Origin: Epithemia pelagica
Taxonomy: Eukaryota; Protista; Bacillariophyta
Length of the DNA stretch: 64,000 bases
Direction: 5' to 3'
Assembly (NCBI GenBank): GCA_946965045.2
Contig: OX337240.1
Span: 1,612,001 to 1,676,000 of the forward strand
The notes beneath the pieces were generated by a model. The model was not told where the DNA came from and did no database searches. It worked only from the letters and a program-made list of their open reading frames with translations. Both the position numbers and the translations under genes were made by a program. Within the stretch, counting starts at the first letter, position 1; each line of letters begins with the position of its first letter. This document shows, in pieces, positions 57,031 to 64,000 of the stretch.

Positions 57031-60000
57031 TCACCACAAAACACGTTGTGCTAGAAAACGCAATCGGGGTCCTGGTAACGATTTTGTCAGCAGGTCCGCA
57101 AGATTGGTTTCACCTTCTTCCCAGGCGATACGCACGATGTTGGCGGCTTGTGCCTCACGTGTGCGATGGTAAGCAATCGCATTGTGTTTCTTCTTCAGAG
57201 TGACTTCAGGCATGGTTGCACTCTTGTACACAGATTCATTATCACAGAAGACATTGGTTTCGCCATCAAGTGGAATGCCCATCATTCTCAACTTGTAACG
57301 GAAACCCTCTATCAGTTCGATGGCAGTCTTCATTGCGACAAATTCGGAGCCAAATGTTGATGTCTCAACAGTACTCTGTCGTTTGGAATACCACAAGATA
57401 GGTGCTCGTTGTAAGAACATAAGAATACCAGTTTGTGAGCGACGCGTAGCAAGACAACCAGCGTGATCGGCATCAACAAAACAAGTTGTGGTAACAGCCC
57501 GTCCACGAGGTGGTGGCATATTGGGCGGCAAAGGGTCACTAGCATCAGGGTAGTATTCAGACCAGTCTGCCTGGAAGAAACGATCCTCGTCGAAGGTCGG
57601 AGTTGTGTCGTCGAACACTAGGGTGGAACGTCCATGCGCTTTTAGGTATGCAAAAATGTGCAAGGCTTGTTCGAGGTGTCCTTCACGTGGCATGGCTAGA
57701 TATCGGGACAGTTGTGATACGGCAACAATGACATCGATGCGACCAAGTTCCACAACCCAACGAAGGATACCAATTAGTCCCTGATAGTAATTTGCACGTC
57801 GGGGGTCCAGTTCAGGAGATGAGTCGATCTCAGGACAATACCCAGTGGCAAGCGGAGTTGAGACTCGTGTCTGTAGCTTTTGGCCAACTTTAGACAGTTC
57901 GGTCTCAATTTCAGATATGGCACGTTTAACATATTTGTCGGAGGACATGGCCCATCGGGGTTTGTTCTCAGGATCGTCAGTATCTGGTATGGTATAGTGT
58001 CGAATCTCAGATCCCAAGTATTCGTCTGGGTCTTTAATACTCTCGGGTTTGATTGTATACCGTTTTTCCAGATCATTCATGATCGATCGCGGATCATGAC
58101 TGACACAGAGTATGTCGTCTATGTAGACAAGTACATACTCATAGTATTGGAACCCATCAGATGGTCGGACTTGAGGTCGAAGCCAGACATCAGGGTCAGC
58201 CAAGCAACTGTTGAACTTCATTTCACGAAGTGTTGCGGCAATGTGATCACGCCAACGAGCAGCAGAACTCTTCAAACCATACAGAGCACGAACAATCAGT
58301 GCAGGTCGGCCAACGTTTTCGGGACCAAATTCTAGTCCCGCCGTAATATAAGTTCGCTCTTTTGTTGGTGCATTGAGGTATGCATTTTGTACGTCCCCGG
58401 CCAACACGTCCAGGCCATTAAGGGCAGCGATAGTGAATGCAATTTGTACGCTATCACGGGATACAACACTGGAGTACGTGGATTCCTTCGGTGGATCAGT
58501 CTTATGCCCACCGGCAACCAGTCGGGCTTTACGGCGAAGATCAGACTTGATATCAAAGACCATATGACATGGGATATGTTTGTATCCAATTGGTACTTTG
58601 TCATCATCACGGAATTCAAAGGCAATGCGAACATTTTTCATCTCCTTTTCGATGGCTTTCCGCCAGAAATCAGTCCCCGTTCGACGATCAATCTCAAGAG
58701 CTTCTTGAACGGTTTTGGGCAGTTCAATACCATATTTGTGGATCCGTTTCCAATAGCGAGATTTTACTTTCGCAAGAATCACACCACGTTTGCGTAACGT
58801 ATGTGGAACCCACCAGGCATAGGCCGGCTCTTTGGCAAGCCCCGCCGCAACAGCATATTCGGCTAGTTGTACAGGCAAATCGTTTTTGAGATCTTTGAGA
58901 GGGATCCAAACAGTAGAACAATCGGAGAGTTCACACTCATGTTCCCAACCAACGGTTGTATGGCGTTTACGGCCATTCAACCAGTCCGGATCCATTCGGA
59001 GGACAGCGTCCTTGGTTTTGCAATGTCCAGTGATATCCTTTACAATGGCATAGGAGTTGCCCTCAGTGTCGACTTGAGAGTAAAGGTTCTCGGCAATGAG
59101 ATTGGCAGCAAGAAATTCGGTCGATCCATCGGGATACAGCACGTCATAGAAACGTGTGTCTAAGATTGGATTTGGATCACGTTTGCCAATTGGTCGGCCA
59201 TGTTCATCTTTGGAGCGGCCTATGATCTTGGCTCTGGCCTGGTCCCCGCCATGCGGCAGCATGACTTCGGCTGTGAGATATTCGTCTAACTCCTCCGGAG
59301 TGTAGTCGTCAGCATCAGGGAGAGGTGTATCGGAGTCAAGAGCAGCAGGAAAGAGAGATTCGCTTTCGTCTTCTCCAAAGAAATCATCGGGTGGATCAGG
59401 GGAAACGTTGGCGGCATCTTCATCGGAGGACGGCGATGTATCCACGAGGAGAGTCTTGATAAGACCATCATAGACTTCCAGTTGTTGACGGATTGTGGGA
59501 TTTTTCATATCGTCGTCAGGGATTGCCCACACATCTTTTCGGACAAAAACTCGACCTTTCTCTGTCAAGACGTTGAAGGCCATGTCATCAATACAGTCAT
59601 CGGCAAGACCAAGCCAGCGCCCAATACATTTACGCTCATGAGGGAAGTCATGCGACGGCGTATAATAGTATACAGGTTGATAGAAATCAAACAAAGCCAT
59701 GGGAGAGATGTCGGGTGTCGATCCAAGAACGTGTTCAAATGGCGTTCGTCCATTAAGTTCAGGGATATCAGAGGCAGTTAACTGGCGGACAGAGGCAACC
59801 CACTTCAGCGCATAGGACCATGTGCGTCGTGGTGCACCAGTTTGACGTAACTTCCTAATAACACCTTTCTTCAACTCACGGATGCTCGCTTCGGCGGCAT
59901 TCTGCCATTGACTGTATGGGACGGTCACTTCTTGTTTGATACGGTACTCATTACAGATCTCACGAGAACGTCCATGAAATAGCTCTTGCGCACCATCAGA

Positions 60001-61287
60001 AATTAACGTCTGAGGAATTCCGACATTTTGGATAAGGGACATCAGACCTTCAGGGTGTTGCTTCTTTGATTTCCAGGGATAGTCAAAATCATAGCCCTTT
60101 CCATCAGTAAATACGGAAGCACCCGTGTGAAGATCAAGCGATGGGCACTTGGAGAACATCTCGTCGCAAAACCATCGTCCCTTGACATTCGGGAATTTGA
60201 GCCATGGAGCTTTCTTTCGGACCTTGCGTTCGGATGGGACAAGGACATTTCGGACCCCAGCCTGGGTTGTCACTTGTAAAGTGTTCTTGGCCTTAGTAAG
60301 GCCGACATTCCATCGAGAAGACAAGGTCTGGGGATCAAGTACAGTCTTAGAAGAAGATGGCAAGACTTTTACGGCTTTCGTTGGTCGTGACGAAGCAGAC
60401 TTAACGGCTTTGAGAAAGTATTCGTCGGGATCAAGGTCCTCAATGTCCACAGTGTCCTCGGCACTTGGTGGATGGGTCACTCGAACGGCAGCAACTAAGC
60501 GGTTGCATAGTTCATCCTCGTCATTCTCAAGTTCCATGCAATAGCCATAGGTTTCGTCGTATGATCGGACGGCAGCAACCAATCGCGGGACACAGGATGC
60601 GGCAATCGAATTCGGATCAACTTGGCGGACAGCAGATGCATTGGATGCATTGGCTTTCTCCTCCGCGGCAGCAAAGGTGGACAAATGAGGGTGCCACACC
60701 GAATCAGCAGTCATGACTATCCGTGGGAGCGACTCGAGCTCCTCCGGGGTTGGCTTCGTGGTCGCGAAGCCAGATATAACACCGGACATTTCTAGAGGAA
60801 TGGTCAGGTCAGCATCGGGAATACGAATGCTGTGTGTGCTGTAAGGGTCAAACTGACGCGGCACATCATGGACAATGAGGCCGTTTGAACGCAGTTGATT
60901 GGGACAAATCAATGATTGGGACAATCGGTCCCCGAAGAATAACGACTCGTGAAACAGCAATAGATAACTATTGTTGTGGGCATCAGTCCAGACAGTGGCG
61001 GTCGTGGTGACGGGGATACGCTCGAGGGGTTTATATTCCTCTGAGAATGGGGAAACAGTGATGTAACGGTCAGGTTCCCTGAATTTCACAAAGTTGCGAC
61101 CAACACAACAAGTGTCAGCATGCGAGTCCATTTCACATGTCAGATCAATCGGATCAGTGGTATGGGACTGTGATACGGCAGCACATAAACGGTGTGCAAA
61201 GGCTAAGCTGAAGGTAGGGGTGCCTACAAGTGAGAAATGTGGACGGATAAGATTCGTTTTATCAATTTCATCACTGGGCACACAGCC
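57031..61287 (-). CDS. pol: Pol polyprotein (protease, integrase, RT, RNase H), in frame with gag after UGA
   Basis: DSHADT protease; FCDE/ISDG/EASIRE integrase; DVQNAYL and YIDDIL RT; VDADHAG and CDNES RNase H. No stops. Confidence 0.95.
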   Translation of the reverse strand, partial: GCVPSDEIDKTNLIRPHFSLVGTPTFSLAFAHRLCAAVSQSHTTDPIDLTCEMDSHADTCCVGRNFVKFREPDRYITVSPFSEEYKPLERIPVTTTATVWTDAHNNSYLLLFHESLFFGDRLSQSLICPNQLRSNGLIVHDVPRQFDPYSTHSIRIPDADLTIPLEMSGVISGFATTKPTPEELESLPRIVMTADSVWHPHLSTFAAAEEKANASNASAVRQVDPNSIAASCVPRLVAAVRSYDETYGYCMELENDEDELCNRLVAAVRVTHPPSAEDTVDIEDLDPDEYFLKAVKSASSRPTKAVKVLPSSSKTVLDPQTLSSRWNVGLTKAKNTLQVTTQAGVRNVLVPSERKVRKKAPWLKFPNVKGRWFCDEMFSKCPSLDLHTGASVFTDGKGYDFDYPWKSKKQHPEGLMSLIQNVGIPQTLISDGAQELFHGRSREICNEYRIKQEVTVPYSQWQNAAEASIRELKKGVIRKLRQTGAPRRTWSYALKWVASVRQLTASDIPELNGRTPFEHVLGSTPDISPMALFDFYQPVYYYTPSHDFPHERKCIGRWLGLADDCIDDMAFNVLTEKGRVFVRKDVWAIPDDDMKNPTIRQQLEVYDGLIKTLLVDTSPSSDEDAANVSPDPPDDFFGEDESESLFPAALDSDTPLPDADDYTPEELDEYLTAEVMLPHGGDQARAKIIGRSKDEHGRPIGKRDPNPILDTRFYDVLYPDGSTEFLAANLIAENLYSQVDTEGNSYAIVKDITGHCKTKDAVLRMDPDWLNGRKRHTTVGWEHECELSDCSTVWIPLKDLKNDLPVQLAEYAVAAGLAKEPAYAWWVPHTLRKRGVILAKVKSRYWKRIHKYGIELPKTVQEALEIDRRTGTDFWRKAIEKEMKNVRIAFEFRDDDKVPIGYKHIPCHMVFDIKSDLRRKARLVAGGHKTDPPKESTYSSVVSRDSVQIAFTIAALNGLDVLAGDVQNAYLNAPTKERTYITAGLEFGPENVGRPALIVRALYGLKSSAARWRDHIAATLREMKFNSCLADPDVWLRPQVRPSDGFQYYEYVLVYIDDILCVSHDPRSIMNDLEKRYTIKPESIKDPDEYLGSEIRHYTIPDTDDPENKPRWAMSSDKYVKRAISEIETELSKVGQKLQTRVSTPLATGYCPEIDSSPELDPRRANYYQGLIGILRWVVELGRIDVIVAVSQLSRYLAMPREGHLEQALHIFAYLKAHGRSTLVFDDTTPTFDEDRFFQADWSEYYPDASDPLPPNMPPPRGRAVTTTCFVDADHAGCLATRRSQTGILMFLQRAPILWYSKRQSTVETSTFGSEFVAMKTAIELIEGFRYKLRMMGIPLDGETNVFCDNESVYKSATMPEVTLKKKHNAIAYHRTREAQAANIVRIAWEEGETNLADLLTKSLPGPRLRFLAQRVLW

Positions 61288-62841
61288 TCAGGTCTGCTTT
61301 GTGGCCTTATCAGCAAGGGCAGCTTTCGCAACGGCAGTTGTAGGCTCCTTGGTTTCATCAGGGTTGTGCGGCTTTGTAGATCCTTTTTTACGATGGGCAA
61401 AGCGTCCGAAACTGTTTCCGGCTGAGGTTTTGGGAACAGTCGGTTCATCAGCAACAGGAGGATCAGGCTCGGAATGGTTCGGCGCGTCGTCGCCATCCAG
61501 GTCAGTGGTCTCCAATTTCATGTCATCAGACTTTGGAGTTTCAGTTTTACTCAACTTGCGAGAGCCATTTTCATCTTCAGTTCGCACGGCTCCGGCCTTG
61601 CGCTTTCCATTAGCGTCTTTCTGTTCTTTGTCTTTCTGTTCTTTACGGGCACGGAGGATTTCGGCCTTCTCTTCATCAGAGAGCTTGCGCCATTCATCCA
61701 AACTGTAATGATGTGTCTTCTTCTTATTCTGCTTGTTACGACCATTCTTCTTTCCACTAGTCTTAGTCGTACCCACACCAGCAATCTTTCGATTCTCGTC
61801 ATTGGTCTTGTCGGTACGGGATGCAGCAATCAACGTGCCAAAATACTGCTGGCGTGCTTCAAAATCAGAAAGCTTTGCTGCGTCACCGTTGACGACCGTC
61901 TTTCCCGCCGCCAAAGAGGGATCCGATATACCTTTGAGGAAATCGGTTACCTTTTTGGTTTCGGCAACGGGTTCATCAAGTTCAGCCAACGTATTATGAG
62001 CTTTCTGATGGCGGTGAACATATTGTTGATACGAGAAACGACCGCGGCCTGTAAACTTTGCGTCGGCAATAGCAGCGTATGCTTCTTTCTTGCGGATGGT
62101 GACAGCTGCTGTTCCAGTAGCTTGGCGAGTCAACGCAAGATACGCCTCACGGCCGTCCTTCTTCTTTTGGTGTGGCTTGATGAACGTCAGGCCAGGTCCG
62201 CCAACAAGGAAAGGTTTCATCAGTGTGAAGACGCGTTGATTGTCAAGGGCATACTGATCACCTTGCAGGATAGTAGTAGCAATCAAATCGTCATCGATAG
62301 TATCGTAGGCAGCATTCCTTGCTTCAGAACCGACAGGCTTAGTTTCACGAAGGACGTATGTCAAAGGGACACCCGTTGTGGGATTGCGATGCTGTGCGAG
62401 GAACGTGAGCAAGGCATCGTTAAACACCTCCCACTGAGTAAACGAAGTCAACTCTTTCGGTGGGGTCAGTTCATCGGAGGCAACTTCCTTGTTGAGTGCA
62501 AACAGTTCCTGGGTACGTTTGGTCCATTTCTTGATCAGGGGCGGATCAGAGAAAAGTGAGACTTTAAGAGCCTGACCACGAGACGAACGGTATTCGAGCC
62601 ACATTCGGAAGCCGTGGAGCTGCAGGTTAGCACTGAAGGGAAAGGCCCCGTTCTCTGGAGGTGTCTTCGCCATCATCTTCAACATCGACGGCACTTGATG
62701 GACCGCAACAGTCATGAACGATTGAGCATCATCAAAACCCTGCTCAATGATGTAGGTCACGGTGGCATCATTGTATCCACAGCGTTTAACGGCAGCCTTG
62801 AAATCTTCCTTGGGATTTTCAGGGGCAGTGGATGAAGACAT
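61288..62841 (-). CDS. gag: Gag
   Basis: ORF upstream of pol with CoDi-gag-like GVPLTYVLR, DNQRVF and KKVTDFL.GI segments; ATG 62841, TGA 61290-61288. Confidence 0.9.
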   Translation of the reverse strand: MSSSTAPENPKEDFKAAVKRCGYNDATVTYIIEQGFDDAQSFMTVAVHQVPSMLKMMAKTPPENGAFPFSANLQLHGFRMWLEYRSSRGQALKVSLFSDPPLIKKWTKRTQELFALNKEVASDELTPPKELTSFTQWEVFNDALLTFLAQHRNPTTGVPLTYVLRETKPVGSEARNAAYDTIDDDLIATTILQGDQYALDNQRVFTLMKPFLVGGPGLTFIKPHQKKKDGREAYLALTRQATGTAAVTIRKKEAYAAIADAKFTGRGRFSYQQYVHRHQKAHNTLAELDEPVAETKKVTDFLKGISDPSLAAGKTVVNGDAAKLSDFEARQQYFGTLIAASRTDKTNDENRKIAGVGTTKTSGKKNGRNKQNKKKTHHYSLDEWRKLSDEEKAEILRARKEQKDKEQKDANGKRKAGAVRTEDENGSRKLSKTETPKSDDMKLETTDLDGDDAPNHSEPDPPVADEPTVPKTSAGNSFGRFAHRKKGSTKPHNPDETKEPTTAVAKAALADKATKQT

Positions 62842-63529
62842 GGTGGAAGGCAAAAGGAAAGCAAGAGAGCCAGAAGCAGGAGAGGTTCAGAGCAAAACAC
62901 AGGCAAAAAACACAGAAGTGTGGAGGCATTGCCAAAAGGTGATGCAGATCGCAGATTTCGCGATTCTACCTGGAATGAAGGTGCACAAGTAGTGTCGACT
63001 TGCGTTTGCGCTGCAGTCGGCAGAGAACAAATACTTAGGACGTGTGCGTCGGCACAGTGCAAAAGGAGGTATCTATATTTTCATGTATGGAGAAAAGATT
63101 ACCAAAACAATCGCGCACTTAAGCGAGTGCTCCCCGTCACGTGGGAGAGTGCCATGGGTCACACATCACGAGTGTGAACTATAAGTAGTGCCGCAAGCAT
63201 ACCGTGACGAGTAGCTTAGCGCGAACACTCCCAAGCGGTGATCAGCCGCTGCCGGTACGGGCAAAAGGCAGAGAGCAAGACTCCAAGGAGTTTCACATGA
63301 TGCATAGCTTAGCTAGCATAGTTGGTGAGTTAGACATAAAAAACATATTAGTTCCCCCGTGCATTGGCATATAGCGTATGTATAAGGCGGTGAACCCCTT
63401 CTAGCCCGAAGACCGGGGTCAATCTGCCACCCTTGAGAAGAACATGCACTTTTAACCAGCGGGGAAACGTCTTGTACCATACACCCCAAATATGGCGGCC
63501 CCCAGAAATTGGGAGTCTTAACTTAGAGC

Positions 63530-63601
63530 TGAGTCTGAGGGGACTCGAACCCCTGGCACCACGAGCCAACAGGTAACGTTTACCAGCTAAACCACTGCGG
63601 C
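63530..63601 (-). other. tRNA-like element with Pol III A and B boxes in the retrotransposon leader
   Basis: A box TGGTTTAGCTGG (63594-63583), D stem GTTT/AAAC, perfect T arm AGGGG-TTCGAGT-CCCCT, tRNA spacing. Acceptor and anticodon stems do not pair. Confidence 0.7.
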
Positions 63602-63610
63602 TGTGCGATT

Positions 63611-63624
63611 TGGGTCTGATAAAC
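63611..63624 (-). other. Candidate primer-binding site (half-tRNA type)
   Basis: GTTTATCAGACCCA directly follows the 5' LTR; no TGG start. Confidence 0.55.
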
Positions 63625-63798
63625 TGTATAAATCCTGCCACTACACGCTACAACACGGTGTACACGGCGTGCAACAAGTGGCTAGATCAAAATTATGACT
63701 AGAAAACTAGATGCGTAGCAGCATATGTAGGCGATGCATATTCGCCAATATGCGACCATGTATCCGCCAATATGCGACCTGTTGGCGGGATTTATTCA
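63625..63798 (-). repeat. 5' LTR
   Basis: Identical by eye to 56703-56876. Confidence 0.97.
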
Positions 63799-64000
63799 AT
63801 GGCAAAGCGGCCGCCGACCAATGCACCTCCTAAAGCGACTAAAAAGCTTTAGATCAGCGATTCATGAAGCGACCCGATCGAATGCCAAAAATCCAAGATG
63901 CGGGGGTACCTCCCGTCTGTTCTCTATACGGCTATTACCAAATTTTCGAAGAAAATCTAAAAACTATCTCAGTCAAATTTCTTCTGATTTTGCAAAAAAT

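Larger units (their letters stand above)
56703..63798 (-). mobile_element. Full-length Ty1/copia (CoDi-type) LTR retrotransposon
   Basis: Two identical 174-bp TG..CA LTRs, gag plus PR-INT-RT-RH order, ATGG on both flanks. Confidence 0.97.

Noticed and set aside
59882-59896. U6-like TGCTCGCTTCGGC
   Set aside because: Short chance match inside the integrase coding region; no ACAGAGA box.
61474-62559. 361-aa plus-strand ORF in the retrotransposon
   Set aside because: Antisense shadow of gag; no recognisable domain.

Overview
Eukaryotic nuclear DNA, most likely a pennate diatom. The evidence is a silicon transporter, a CoDi-type copia element, a DUF6824-like protein, bipartite plastid-targeting-like N-termini and short GT-AG introns. 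Positions 1-41.2 kb are mostly ordinary genes: SIT, SDR, EF-hand Ca2+ exchanger, aspartate aminotransferase, AT3 acyltransferase, histidine phosphatase, Rab7, a PsiD/PSD-like decarboxylase, a bacterial-type TopA fused to two HMG boxes, MFSD5, ThiO, and a patatin lipase with an apparent 1-nt frameshift. The right third is the unusual part. (1) An 8.9-kb TA-flanked DNA transposon (41616-50556, 17-bp TIRs) carries a large IS630/Tc1-like transposase, an intact SET-domain gene, two orphan genes and a broken EST1/SMG-family fragment. (2) Two tandem, structurally atypical U1 snRNA genes follow. (3) A complete, very young CoDi retrotransposon (56703-63798, identical 174-bp LTRs) has gag and pol in frame but separated by a single UGA, and a 72-nt tRNA-like element with intact A/B boxes just inside its 5' LTR. 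Family assignments come from motif recognition by eye; no searches or folding programs were run.
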